Positions 47,392 to 57,213 of a stretch of 64,000 nt of DNA are shown in pieces; the stretch's first letter is position 1, and the number at the start of each line of letters is the position of its first letter. The stretch comes from a candidate division WOR-3 bacterium (lineage in GTDB: Bacteria > Hydrothermota > Tepidihabitantia > B3-TA06): contig CBFGKC010000012.1 in NCBI GenBank assembly GCA_965649265.1, positions 1-64,000 of the forward strand, read 5' to 3'. Made by a program: the position numbers and the translations under genes. A model generated the notes under the pieces. It searched no databases and was not told the origin of the DNA. It was given only the letters and a program-made list of their open reading frames with translations.

Positions 47392-48135
47392 TTATTTTCT
47401 TGTCGCCCGCTCGATTCCAAAGACGGTCACAGGCTCCCCAGTATGCTCGTCAATATAGGTGAAAGCCCACTTCCCCTCAAGGCTCGATCCCTCGAGTGAA
47501 AGAATCTTGAGAATCTTCGTCCCTCCAACGTCGAAACCGAGCACCAGGACATTGTCCACCGCTAATCCTGCACCTTGCGCGCTGTCCCCGGCCTCGAATT
47601 CGGCCACCGCCTCGTATACATCACCTTCTTTCATGAGCGTCATCGGATACTCGTACGGTTCACTGCCGTCCGGGTGCGAACCCTTGACGTACCATGAGCC
47701 CTCGAAACGACGATCGGAAGGCTTGAGTCTCGCGGCGCCCCGGGAATATTCGGCGAAGACTTTTTCTCCGTCCACATTCATCCACAAGCCCGAGAGCTTT
47801 CCTTCAGAGACCGTGTAAATTCCGAGGATTCCGCCCTCGCCCGGGTATCCATAGCCGAGGTAATCGCCAAGATCGAGGCCGGTGTATTCGAAAGCTTCAA
47901 GACCAATCTCCCGGTAAACCCTGAAGACCGCGTATTCTTCGCTGAACGCCACCACTCTCTCCCCTTTACCGTCTTCTGAGGTGTCCGGGCTCGTAACCTT
48001 GTAAGAGCCGTGAAATATGGATTCTTTAGTCGAATCGCAGGCCTCCTCGTTTGAGCGGGGATTGGATTCGCGGCGTGGATGCCCGCAACAGTCGAGAACG
48101 AACACCAGGAAAACGAACGACAGGAGATTTCTCAT
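47392..48135 (-). CDS. Lipoprotein, third paralogue of the beta-repeat cluster
   Basis: Hydrophobic leader + 'DCCG'; 'FEGSWYVKG.HPDGS..Y', 'LEGKWAFT'. Confidence 0.7.
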   Translation of the reverse strand: MRNLLSFVFLVFVLDCCGHPRRESNPRSNEEACDSTKESIFHGSYKVTSPDTSEDGKGERVVAFSEEYAVFRVYREIGLEAFEYTGLDLGDYLGYGYPGEGGILGIYTVSEGKLSGLWMNVDGEKVFAEYSRGAARLKPSDRRFEGSWYVKGSHPDGSEPYEYPMTLMKEGDVYEAVAEFEAGDSAQGAGLAVDNVLVLGFDVGGTKILKILSLEGSSLEGKWAFTYIDEHTGEPVTVFGIERATRK

Positions 48136-48321
48136 TTCTTTACCTCGCGCGCTGATTGATTCAGGAAGCATAGGAAAGAAAAAAATCTTGTCAAGCGCGC
48201 CCGTAATCATTTGCGTAGTCAAGTCACGCAACAACTAAGAACCGCCTTTTTCAAGGGAGGAGGAGGTCCATGTGCATCCCGGCAAGGTTTGACATGGATG
48301 GAATATTTGCTATGATTATGC

Positions 48322-49650
48322 ATGCTTGATCCAAAAAAATACCGCAGCAAGTTTCCATCGCTCGCTCAAGAGCGAAACGGCAAGCCGCCTATATATTTCG
48401 ACAGCGCTTGCATGGCTTTGAAGCCGCAGCCGGTAATTGACGTTTTAAACGACTACTATACGCGCTATCCGGCTTGCGGCGAACGCAGCACGCACTGGTT
48501 TGCAGTTCAGGTTGACTCCAAAATAGAGGAGGCTCGCGATTCCATACGCGAATTGATCGGAGCCTCGAGTCCCAAGGAAATAATCTTCACCAAAAACACC
48601 ACTGAGGCCATTAACCTTGTTGCCCGCTCTCTCATGTGGAATCCGCAAGACGTTGTGCTGACTACGTCAAAGGAACACAACTCCAATCTCTGCCCGTGGC
48701 AGGAGCTTGCCGCGAGAGGCATTATCGCAAAGCACCTGCCCGTGGACGTGGACGAAAGCAACAGGTTCAGCATGGATTCCTTCAAGAAGCTCCTCGCCGA
48801 GGAACACGGCAAGGTGAAGATGGTCAGCCTGGGGCATTCATCAAACCTCGATGGAACCTGTATTCCCGACCAGACCATCAAGGACGTCGTAAAGCTGGTG
48901 AAAGCTCAGAATCCCGATGCCTTCGTTTTTCTGGACGCGGCACAGAGCGTGCCACACAAACTCGTGAACGTTCGCGATCTGGGCGTCGATTTCATCGCCT
49001 TCTCGGTTCACAAGATGGGCGGTCCCACTGGCGTAGGAGTGCTCTACGGCCGCAAGGAGCTTCTGAACGACGAATCGGTAATCAGACCTTTCATCGTGGG
49101 CGGAGGGACGGTCGAGGACACGCATCTTTTCGGGCATCCGCAGTATTTCAAGGCTCCCCACAAGTTCGAGGCCGGTCTTCAGGACTACGCCGGAATCATA
49201 GGCGCGGGTGCCGCAGCGCGATTTCTACTCAAGGTCGGGCCGGAGAATATCGCCGAGCACGAGAGAGAGCTTAACACGGCGCTTACGGAAAAACTCGCCA
49301 AACGTCAGGAGATTCGAATCGTAGGACCCGCGGACCCCAAGGATCGGTCCGGCATTCTCACCTTCTACATCCTCAAGCCCGCGACCCGCTTCTCGGATAC
49401 CGAACCCGATATCGACGAGAAGCTCGACGCACGAGCCAACATCATGATACGCAAGGGCACGTTCTGCGTTCATTCCTGGTACCATGCGCAGGAATCGATG
49501 TTCGATTCCATCTGGCCCGGGTTCAGGCCCACACTCTTCCGCGTCTCGTTTTACCTTTACAGCACGATGGAAGAAGTGGAAGTCTTTGCCAAAACAATCG
49601 AAGAAATCCTCGAAGAAATCGCCGAACTTCCGACTTTCAAAGGTGCGTGA
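48322..49650 (+). CDS. Cysteine desulfurase, SufS-like (class V aminotransferase)
   Basis: 'IYFDSA', 'FTKNTTEAIN', 'EHNSN', 'DAAQS', 'SVHKMGGPTG', 'RKGTFC'. Confidence 0.9.
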   Translation: MLDPKKYRSKFPSLAQERNGKPPIYFDSACMALKPQPVIDVLNDYYTRYPACGERSTHWFAVQVDSKIEEARDSIRELIGASSPKEIIFTKNTTEAINLVARSLMWNPQDVVLTTSKEHNSNLCPWQELAARGIIAKHLPVDVDESNRFSMDSFKKLLAEEHGKVKMVSLGHSSNLDGTCIPDQTIKDVVKLVKAQNPDAFVFLDAAQSVPHKLVNVRDLGVDFIAFSVHKMGGPTGVGVLYGRKELLNDESVIRPFIVGGGTVEDTHLFGHPQYFKAPHKFEAGLQDYAGIIGAGAAARFLLKVGPENIAEHERELNTALTEKLAKRQEIRIVGPADPKDRSGILTFYILKPATRFSDTEPDIDEKLDARANIMIRKGTFCVHSWYHAQESMFDSIWPGFRPTLFRVSFYLYSTMEEVEVFAKTIEEILEEIAELPTFKGA

Positions 49651-50048
49651 GGATGGTAGAAGAACCCTTGATTGTAAGCTATTTCAAGCATATTTTTTCA
49701 GATCCTGCGGCCAGCCGCATGGGGAAGATAGACAACGCCGAACTTCAGATAAACGGTGAGCTTTGCCCGCGCCGCGGTAAAAAGGATCAGCTGTTTCTCC
49801 ACGGCAGAATCATCGAAGGCAGGCTGAAGGATCTGAAGTTCATGTGCGCGCTCTGCGACCCGCCGATGTTCGTCGCCGCCGACATTCTCTGCAGGCTGGC
49901 GCTGGAAAAGACGAGGGAAGAAATTTCTCTGCTTGACGAGAAAAAATTCGAGGAGTGTCTCGGCGGTTCGAGCCTAGAGGGCTTCGAGCATTTCAAAAGA
50001 GCCAGGGAACTGCTGGTGCTTGGACTCTTAGAGACAGAAGGAAAATGA
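49647..50048 (+). CDS. Divergent IscU/SufU/NifU-N-like protein
   Basis: Overlaps sufS; 'HIFSDP...G', 'LKDLKFMCALC', 'AADILC.L..KT..E'. Confidence 0.65.
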   Translation: MRMVEEPLIVSYFKHIFSDPAASRMGKIDNAELQINGELCPRRGKKDQLFLHGRIIEGRLKDLKFMCALCDPPMFVAADILCRLALEKTREEISLLDEKKFEECLGGSSLEGFEHFKRARELLVLGLLETEGK

Positions 50049-50548
50049 AGCGCGATAACCCTTTCCTTTTCCATGTCAATCACCTGGAGCAGGGCGAAAA
50101 CCGCTTTGAGGTCGAGACCGATGCCTCGGTAATAGGCTTCGACAACCATCCGCTTACTAAACCGCTCGACTGCCTGATTGTGCTTGACAGAACCGGCAAC
50201 AGGATCAACCTTCACCTGGAGGTCAGAACTTCTGTGGAGCTCGAGTGCGCCCAGTGCGGTGATGTCACCTGCAAGAAAATCCACTCGTCGGCGGATTTCA
50301 CTTTCCTGCCCGCCGCGGAACAAGACGAGACAAGGGACGACAGCTTTGCCTCTGACCTTGAATTCTACACGGATACGATAGACCTCAAGAACATTGTCAA
50401 GGATACGTTGCTGCTTTCACTGCCGATAGCGCCTTTGTGCCGCGAGGACTGCCGCGGGCTCTGCCCTAAATGCGGAGCAAACCTTAACTCGGGCGAATGC
50501 GCTTGCGGCACGGACGAAAAGCCCAGCTCCGAAAACCAAGGGAGATAA
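50045..50548 (+). CDS. DUF177 / YceD family protein
   Basis: 'CAQC', 'IDL..IVKD.LLLSLP..PLCREDCRGLCPKCGANLN..C.C'. Confidence 0.92.
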   Translation: MKRDNPFLFHVNHLEQGENRFEVETDASVIGFDNHPLTKPLDCLIVLDRTGNRINLHLEVRTSVELECAQCGDVTCKKIHSSADFTFLPAAEQDETRDDSFASDLEFYTDTIDLKNIVKDTLLLSLPIAPLCREDCRGLCPKCGANLNSGECACGTDEKPSSENQGR

Positions 50549-50552
50549 GAAG

Positions 50553-51134
50553 ATGGATGAAAGAAAGATGTCCTTCGGCGCCCGACGCGCGCTCGCGATA
50601 ATCGGTTCGACAAACTCCCTCCTGCTCAGGGAGCGAAGTGCCAAGGAAGCCGATTCCAAGGCGCTGAGGGAACAGGACAGGAAGGTTCTGGACGCGGTCG
50701 ACGGCAAACGCAATGCCCGTGAAGTAGTCTCTGCGGCCGGGCTTGAGTTCGAGAACGGCCTTAATTCTTTAGCCTGGCTTATCCGCACCGGTTTCATCTA
50801 CTCGGCCGAAACGGTGCGGCTCGAGGTGGATCGGCAGGCGGACCGTCTTGGATTGTTCGTCGAGCTTTTCTCGGACTCCGGACACGGGGCCGAATTCTGG
50901 CAGAAAGTGATTGTCGATGTCGTCAAGGGGAATCTGATGCTCCAGAAGATCGTGCCCTCGATCCAGTGGGACGGGCTTTCACCTAGGATTTCCGATCCCC
51001 CCCCCTCCCCCGGCGAGATCAGGGAATATTTCCTTGAACTTTTCGTTTCCCTCTACGACAGGGCGGAGGAAGTTTTCGGTTCCGAGTCCGTTATCGCCAA
51101 GCGTATCCTGCTCGACGTGAAACCCCTGGTTTGA
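50553..51134 (+). CDS. Hypothetical protein with winged-helix-like segment
   Basis: 'VLDAVDGKRNAREVVSAAGL....LNSLAWLIRTGFI'. Confidence 0.6.
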   Translation: MDERKMSFGARRALAIIGSTNSLLLRERSAKEADSKALREQDRKVLDAVDGKRNAREVVSAAGLEFENGLNSLAWLIRTGFIYSAETVRLEVDRQADRLGLFVELFSDSGHGAEFWQKVIVDVVKGNLMLQKIVPSIQWDGLSPRISDPPPSPGEIREYFLELFVSLYDRAEEVFGSESVIAKRILLDVKPLV

Positions 51135-51177
51135 TAAAGGGAAAAAGGGAAACAAACAGTTTTTCAACGCGCATAGA

Positions 51178-51212
51178 GAAATGAGGAACCTTGCGGTTCC
51201 TCATCTTTTTTA
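51178..51212. terminator. Probable bidirectional terminator
   Basis: ATGAGGAACC-ttgc-GGTTCCTCAT + T tract between convergent genes. Confidence 0.8.
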
Positions 51213-51244
51213 AAATCCGGAAATGTGTTTTATTAAGACGCAGC

Positions 51245-51700
51245 CTACTCGGATTCTTTCAGTATATCCACCACCTCCGCAGCACTCGACGCATTGGACA
51301 GCTTCGCTCGTGTCTCTTCCCTGCGCAGTATCTTTGAAAGTCTCGCCAGTGCCATTATATACTGCGACTTCTGGGTTTCTGGTGCGGCGATAAGGAATAT
51401 AAGATGGGAGGGCTTTCCGTCAAGCGAGTTAAAGTCGACTCCCTGGGCGGACCTGCCGAACGAAAGTATCAGGTTTCGGGCGGCCAGGGTGCGTGCGTGA
51501 GGGATTGCGACTCCCAGTCCTATGCCGGTGCTTTCAAGGTTTTCACGCTTGAGAATATCCGCCAGGAAGCTTTCCTCGTCTTCGACGAGCCCCTGGTCAA
51601 CGAGCTTCGTGACCAGTTCCTTTATTACGGATACCTTTTCGCGTGACTTTAAATCGAGCACTATACCTTCCTCGTGTATCACCTCGGAGATTCGGATCAT
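51245..51700 (-). CDS. PTS EIIA-domain protein (PtsN/Fru-type)
   Basis: 'RENLESTGIGLGVAIPHAR', 'DFNSLDGKP'. Confidence 0.92.
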   Translation of the reverse strand: MIRISEVIHEEGIVLDLKSREKVSVIKELVTKLVDQGLVEDEESFLADILKRENLESTGIGLGVAIPHARTLAARNLILSFGRSAQGVDFNSLDGKPSHLIFLIAAPETQKSQYIMALARLSKILRREETRAKLSNASSAAEVVDILKESE

Positions 51701-52101
51701 CGTCCCTCCTGGTTAAGCAAAAGCAGGGGAACACCGCCGAGCAATCCTAAAAGGCGCCCGGCATTGATTTCCTTGTATAAAAAAGTTGCGCAAATGTCGG
51801 CCTCGTAGCTTTTTGCAACGGAGGCCATTCTTTCTTCCGCCTCTCCTTCCTCAAGCATCAGGGATATTTTGATCTCCCGTTCGAATGCTATATCCTCAAT
51901 TCCGTAAAGGAAATTCCATGTTCGGTCCTCCAATTCGTCCCGGAGTTCTTTTTCTTCTTTTGACATGTTCTGGTCCTCCGGCGCAATGACTGCAAGGGCT
52001 ATTAACCTTGCTCGAAGCGCAGAAGCTAAATCCATTACTCCTTCCAACTCTTCCAGTCGCGTTCTGGCCGAGTCCAGATAGATGAGCATGCGTTTATACA
52101 A
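51697..52101 (-). CDS. Universal stress protein-like
   Basis: 'YKRMLIYLD', 'EEGE...ASVAKSYEAD', 'VPLLLL'; SD GGAGG before TTG. Confidence 0.7.
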   Translation of the reverse strand: MYKRMLIYLDSARTRLEELEGVMDLASALRARLIALAVIAPEDQNMSKEEKELRDELEDRTWNFLYGIEDIAFEREIKISLMLEEGEAEERMASVAKSYEADICATFLYKEINAGRLLGLLGGVPLLLLNQEGR

Positions 52102-52113
52102 TTTACTTGCCTC

Positions 52114-53448
52114 CTACTTTCCTATGCAAAATCTGGAAAACATCTCATCGAGTAGTTTTTCCGATATGTCTGATTTTTCGCTGCCGGACATGAGAGAAAG
52201 CGCCGCGCGCAAAAGACTCGCCTTCATGTCGAGATACTGAGCGTCGAGTGCGTTGCTCAGCAGTTCGTTAAGCCCTGCGAGCTGCTCCTCCTGGTAGTGA
52301 CTCGCGAAGAATATCTCTCCGCGAGTCGAAGTTTCCTCCCTGATGCGCAGAGAGAGGGCTTCGAGGTTTTCCTTCTTGAGCGCGGACAGAGAGATAGGCG
52401 CTCCCGCGACGTCCGGCAGGGCCGGTATTTTTTCAGCCGAGTCGATCTTGTTCCAGACTATTACGCCGGGCTTCTGGCGCAAAAGCTTGAGTAACTCTTC
52501 ATCCGCCGGAACGAGTCCTGAGACCGCGTCGAGCACGACGACGACGAAATCGGCCTCGTTAGCCGCGGCGATGGCGCGCCTGGCGGCCATCTGGTCGGGA
52601 AGAGACTCGGCCATACCGATGCCTGCCGCATCATAGAGCCTCGCCTGGCCTGCGGCGAAGCGCAGGGTCCCGGAGACTATATCGCGAGTGGTTCCGGGAA
52701 CCGACGTGACGATCGAGCGATCCTCGCCCAGAAGGGCGTTGAAAAGGGTTGATTTCCCGACGTTTGGCCTGCCGAGAAGCATCACCTTAAGACCCTTGCC
52801 CTGGCTTCTTCCTCTCCTGAACGAAATCCTCAGGCGCTCGACGTCCGCCCGCAGTTCCGACAACACGGGCGAAGTGGATTCCTGGGGAACATCCTCCTCC
52901 GGGAATTCGAGCTGAGCCTCAACGGAAGTCACGACCCTCTGCAGCCTGGATGTTACGCTTTCGATCTCCTTCGTGAGGTTTCCCGCGAGCTGTTGCATTG
53001 CCGCGTTGATACCCTCGGGAGTCCTCGCCTGAATCGCCGCAAGTACGGCCTCGGCCTGGTTTACGTCTATCCTGCCGTAAAGGTAAGCCCGTTCCGTGAA
53101 TTCGCCTGGTCTTGCGACGCGGGCACCATGGCTCACGAGGAGATCGGTAACTTGTTCCACGATAAGCGGATTTCCATGCAGCGAAAACTCGACCGTATCC
53201 TCGGTCGTGTAGCTGTGCGGCGACCGGTAGACTCCTGCGACGACCTCATCTAACACTTTGCCGTTGCTGACTATGAAGCCGTTGAGGAGCTTGTGACCTT
53301 CGGTATCCGAAAGCCTCTTGCGACCCTTGAATATCTGATCGCACATCCGCAGCGTTTGTGATCCGGATACGCGAATCACCGCCAGCGCCGCATGCCCCGG
53401 AGGCGTACCCGGAGCCACGATCACATCACGCAGACGATCAAGTATCAT
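52114..53448 (-). CDS. mnmE: tRNA modification GTPase MnmE
   Basis: 'PGEFTERAY', 'GRPNVGKSTLFN', 'GTTRD', C-terminal 'FCIGK'. Confidence 0.97.
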   Translation of the reverse strand: MILDRLRDVIVAPGTPPGHAALAVIRVSGSQTLRMCDQIFKGRKRLSDTEGHKLLNGFIVSNGKVLDEVVAGVYRSPHSYTTEDTVEFSLHGNPLIVEQVTDLLVSHGARVARPGEFTERAYLYGRIDVNQAEAVLAAIQARTPEGINAAMQQLAGNLTKEIESVTSRLQRVVTSVEAQLEFPEEDVPQESTSPVLSELRADVERLRISFRRGRSQGKGLKVMLLGRPNVGKSTLFNALLGEDRSIVTSVPGTTRDIVSGTLRFAAGQARLYDAAGIGMAESLPDQMAARRAIAAANEADFVVVVLDAVSGLVPADEELLKLLRQKPGVIVWNKIDSAEKIPALPDVAGAPISLSALKKENLEALSLRIREETSTRGEIFFASHYQEEQLAGLNELLSNALDAQYLDMKASLLRAALSLMSGSEKSDISEKLLDEMFSRFCIGK

Positions 53449-53930
53449 TCCTTAGGCGCAACTATTACGTTCTTGCGGTATCCCGAGCCTACCGTGTGTA
53501 CCCTTACGTATCCGAGTCCCGCAAGGGCCTCTTTGACTATCACGAGTTCCTTTTCTGTCAAGGGATCAAGGGACATCTCGCGACCGGTCTCATGGACAAT
53601 TTTTGCGACTGCCTGGGCTTTCCTTTGGAGGAAATCCTCCCTGCGTTTCTTGTAACCGCCCACGTCGACAATTATACTGGGTATGTTTTGATCATGATGA
53701 CGATGCTGTAATATCGAATGAACGATCATTTGAAGGGCGCGCAGGGTTTCTCCCGAATGCCCTATGAGCAGGCCGTCGGAGCGCTTGGAGCGGACGTTGG
53801 CGTAGTACTCACCGCTCCTGCGCCTGGCGTATTCAATCCTTGCCCTGAATCCTGCAAGTCTTACTACTTGCCCAAGGACTTCGGAGAGCTCTTCACCGAA
53901 GGAATCTCTTCCGGTTTCTTGCTCTGCCAT
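53445..53930 (-). CDS. jag: Jag/KhpB-like KH-R3H RNA-binding protein
   Basis: 'GLLIGHSGETLRALQ', 'DVGGY..RR'; yidC-jag-mnmE synteny. Confidence 0.85.
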   Translation of the reverse strand: MAEQETGRDSFGEELSEVLGQVVRLAGFRARIEYARRRSGEYYANVRSKRSDGLLIGHSGETLRALQMIVHSILQHRHHDQNIPSIIVDVGGYKKRREDFLQRKAQAVAKIVHETGREMSLDPLTEKELVIVKEALAGLGYVRVHTVGSGYRKNVIVAPKE

Positions 53931-55609
53931 TGTATTTCTCCAGACACCTTTCTCCTCCTGAATATCCAGTATTCGAGGAGGGAAAGGAGGTTAAAAACCA
54001 ACCAGTACAGCTGCAGGCCGGACGGGAAGTTAAGGAATACGAATGCGATGAGAAGCGGGAAGATAATAGCGGTCGCGCGCTGGCGTGGGTCGGCATTGGT
54101 CAAAAGACTCTGGAAGATAGACGCCACCGTCATGAGAGCGGGCAGAATGAAGAAGGGGTCACGCTGGGAAAGATCCGAAAGCCAGACCAGGTTTCCCGCG
54201 GGTATGTGAATGAAGAGGAAATCGAAAGACTTCGCGATGTGAAACGTGAACAATTTCACGAAAGGCGCCCCGCGAAGCGAAACGGCGTTCCGAAGAACCG
54301 CATACAATCCGAAGAAAAAAGGCATCTGTATCAGAAGCGGCAGGCAGCCCGCGAGCGGAGACGCCTTGTGGTCGCGGTAAAGCCTCATCGTCTCCTCGTT
54401 CAAACGCTGGGGTTCATCCTTGAAGCGCTTCTGCAGCTCGGCGAGTTTTGGTTGAAGCATCTGCATCTTTTGCATCGAACGCTGCTGGGACTGCGAGAGA
54501 GGAAGGAAGATGAGCTTTATGATGAGGGCAAACAATATTATCGCAACGCCGTAGTTGCCTAGTATCCTGTGCAAGAACTGGAACATGTACAGCATGCCGA
54601 CGCTCAGCCATCTGTACGTTATGCCGCCCAACTCCACGATCCGGCCCAGCCTGTGATTCATCCCTGCAAGAAGGTTGTAATCCAGCGGGCCGAAATACAT
54701 CTTGAAATTTTCGCCCTTGGTCACGTCGAAGCCGAGACCTATGCGTTGATCAGACCTGACCTCCGGTGAAATCTTCGCATCCACCGGGTTTGAGGGAAGG
54801 ATAATCGACGTGAAATACTTTCCACGCAGAGCTATCCACTCGTATGGACCCTCTTTGACGCTCTTCTTTCCCTCCGCGATCTTCCTTGCCGTGCCGGCAT
54901 TGAACCATTCGGGTTCCTTGCCCGCCGGTCTGTAATAAACCTGGTAGAGTGAGGGTTCACTGTTATCCTGGTAATCGCATCTTTTGATGCCGTCCTGGCA
55001 GGAGAACCTCAAGGGTATGAGCGAGTCGCCGCCCACAAAGGAAATCTCGTAACCCGCAAGAGAAACATCGAGCCTCCTCGCATTGCCGAGGCTGTCCTTC
55101 CAGATGAGCGACAGGGTCGAGTCGCTCGTGCGAGTCTTCTCGAGCGTACCCGCGAATACGGAACCGGAAGGCGTTATCTCGTACCCGGCGTGGGTCGCCG
55201 TCTTGAACCTCACTCCTCCGCGAATTTTCGAGCCGATATTGTCGTCCCAGGTCCCGAGGTAGGTGCCCAGAGAGTCGTAGAATCTCGTTGCCTCAAGAAG
55301 TCTCACCGGAACCGTTTCAGTGGTTTTGGCGGATTTAGTCATGGTGAAGCCCTTTATCTCGACCTGGTCTATTCTCAGATTGTAGGCAAGGTCCCAGCCC
55401 AGAATCCTGACCTTCATCTTGCTGTTCTCGAGCGTCACCGGTTCGACGACGGAGTTGCTTTCGGTAAGGTTCGCCTGGACAACGGCCGTATCGGCGGCGG
55501 GCGTCATGCCCTGGCATCCGCCCTTGCCTCCGACAAGGTTCATCACTATTAAGAGTCCTGCGACGATGACGATGATGAGAATGGTGGAAAGTAAATTTTC
55601 GTTTTTCAT
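53864..55609 (-). CDS. yidC: Membrane protein insertase YidC
   Basis: 'NYGVAIIL', 'GCLPLLIQMPFF', 'WLSDLS..DP', 'PSGLQLYW'. Confidence 0.96.
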   Translation of the reverse strand: MKNENLLSTILIIVIVAGLLIVMNLVGGKGGCQGMTPAADTAVVQANLTESNSVVEPVTLENSKMKVRILGWDLAYNLRIDQVEIKGFTMTKSAKTTETVPVRLLEATRFYDSLGTYLGTWDDNIGSKIRGGVRFKTATHAGYEITPSGSVFAGTLEKTRTSDSTLSLIWKDSLGNARRLDVSLAGYEISFVGGDSLIPLRFSCQDGIKRCDYQDNSEPSLYQVYYRPAGKEPEWFNAGTARKIAEGKKSVKEGPYEWIALRGKYFTSIILPSNPVDAKISPEVRSDQRIGLGFDVTKGENFKMYFGPLDYNLLAGMNHRLGRIVELGGITYRWLSVGMLYMFQFLHRILGNYGVAIILFALIIKLIFLPLSQSQQRSMQKMQMLQPKLAELQKRFKDEPQRLNEETMRLYRDHKASPLAGCLPLLIQMPFFFGLYAVLRNAVSLRGAPFVKLFTFHIAKSFDFLFIHIPAGNLVWLSDLSQRDPFFILPALMTVASIFQSLLTNADPRQRATAIIFPLLIAFVFLNFPSGLQLYWLVFNLLSLLEYWIFRRRKVSGEIQWQSKKPEEIPSVKSSPKSLGK

Positions 55610-55610
55610 G

Positions 55611-55946
55611 CTACCTCACTGGATCGTATCCGCCAGGGGTCCAGGGGTTGCAGCGCAAAATCCGCCATAGAGCCATGGCCGTACCTTTGAAAATTCCGTG
55701 ACGTTCAATTGCTTCTATCGCATACTGCGAACACGTTGGTTCGAACCTGCACACGCGAGGCGCGCCCGCGAAAACTATCTGGTAGAACTTGATAGGCCAG
55801 GTGAAAACCATACGCACGATGCTCACCCATGGAGAGGTTGGATTGCCGTGACAATGCGGACATGAAGTGACCGTGCCGGCGGAGTTACCTTTTTCATGGG
55901 TTACGGTGTCATTGTGCGCGACAGGAAGGGAGGAGGGCTTATTCAT
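55611..55946 (-). CDS. yidD: Membrane protein insertion efficiency factor with N-terminal extension
   Basis: '[10 protein letters not shown]', '[14 protein letters not shown]'. Confidence 0.9.
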   Translation of the reverse strand: MNKPSSLPVAHNDTVTHEKGNSAGTVTSCPHCHGNPTSPWVSIVRMVFTWPIKFYQIVFAGAPRVCRFEPTCSQYAIEAIERHGIFKGTAMALWRILRCNPWTPGGYDPVR

Positions 55947-56280
55947 TTTCTCCCCGGAGTCTGGCCGCAACGTATGCGAAATCTCCTTTAAGCTCCTCCC
56001 AGCAGGCCTCTTTTTTCAGCCGGAATATCATTCTTCCTTTTGGAAATTCCTCGCGCGATTTTCTGTAAATCTCCCTCATGCGTCTCTTCGCTTTGTTGCG
56101 CTGGACCGAAGACCCCAGCCTTCCCGGCACAAAAAAAGCTGCCTTAGCATCGTCCCCCGGTGCCAGATGTACGCTGAGGTATCTCGTATAAAACGGCTTT
56201 ACCCCCAGCATCTCTTTGATCTCCCCGGCTCCCCTCAGAATGTTACGGCGCTTAAGACTCTCCTTGTGCACCAGATTCAA
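55939..56280 (-). CDS. rnpA: RNase P protein component
   Basis: '[18 protein letters not shown]' RNR-like motif; rpmH-rnpA synteny. Confidence 0.9.
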   Translation of the reverse strand: MNLVHKESLKRRNILRGAGEIKEMLGVKPFYTRYLSVHLAPGDDAKAAFFVPGRLGSSVQRNKAKRRMREIYRKSREEFPKGRMIFRLKKEACWEELKGDFAYVAARLRGENE

Positions 56281-56291
56281 TAAAAATCTCC

Positions 56292-56429
56292 CTAGACCGT
56301 CAAGCGCTTGCGGCCCTTTGCGCGGCGGCGTTTGAGTATCTCGCGACCGTCGGCCGTTTCCATGCGTTTGCGGAAGCCGTGGGTGCGCTTGCGCTTAAGG
56401 TTACTTGGTTGAAAAGTCCTTTTTGGCAT
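56292..56429 (-). CDS. rpmH: 50S ribosomal protein L34 (45 aa, not in the ORF track)
   Basis: [45 protein letters not shown]. Confidence 0.98.
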   Translation of the reverse strand: MPKRTFQPSNLKRKRTHGFRKRMETADGREILKRRRAKGRKRLTV

Positions 56430-56695
56430 TTCTAATCTCCTTTTTAGGATTATAGTATGAAAACGGGCAAAGTCAAACGTGATTATATGGTGACCGTTTT
56501 TCAGGAGGTCTCCACATGAATGCCATTCCAGAAACTGACATTCGGGATTTCTGCATCAAAACAGTTTTGCTTGACAAAAATCTTATTTGTGATACAATAT
56601 ATTTGTCTCGCTTAGAGGGGGGGGGTGCCGTTGAGGGGCGCACACCCCAGCGAGGGAAACAAAAAAATGGAGCGAAGGGCTCCATGGAGGAAACA

Positions 56696-57155
56696 ATGAT
56701 AAAAAGAATCACTACAATCGTAATGGCCGCAGTATTCATGGCATTGTTAGTGTCGCCAGGCGTCTTGCAGGCTCAAGCCCCTGGTTACTGGAAAACAACC
56801 TGGGAGGGAGAAGGCCAAGGTGATGTGGAAGGAATATACGTCTTCGCCAACTGGACCATCGTAAGCAGTTCCAGACCTCTTACTCTGGATGGAAAAAATA
56901 TCTTCACGAACCTCAGCGGTTGGACTTGCACAGGCTATTTCGGAGGCATTGACGGACACATTGACGCATCAGGTTATACTGAAAGCTATGGAACATGGAC
57001 TACCAATGGCGCTTCACTTTACGGAACATGGTACTTTCAATTACATTGATAGTACGGTTACCGACGGAGAGTGGTACTACTGGAATGGTACACGTTATGA
57101 ATATGGTGGCAATTTCTGGGGTGAAATGACTTCCAACGTATTCATACCTGATTGA
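56696..57155 (+). pseudogene. Small secreted Gly/Trp/Tyr-rich protein, frameshifted near 57030
   Basis: Signal peptide MIKRITT...LQA; one frame stops at 57049 while another continues 'GTFNYIDSTVTDGEWYYWNG...IPD*' to 57155 with the same composition. Confidence 0.65.
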
Positions 57156-57170
57156 TTAAAGAGGATTAAC

Positions 57171-57191
57171 GGGGCGGGCATTGCCCGCCCC
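57171..57191 (+). terminator. GC-rich hairpin / possible terminator
   Basis: GGGGCGGGC-att-GCCCGCCCC just after the 57155 stop; weak T tract. Confidence 0.55.
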
Positions 57192-57213
57192 TCAAAATTT
57201 GGAGGTTTAAAAA

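Noticed and set aside
53864-53930. 67-nt yidC/jag overlap as a regulatory feature
   Set aside because: The low-complexity YidC tail is most simply explained by stop-codon drift.
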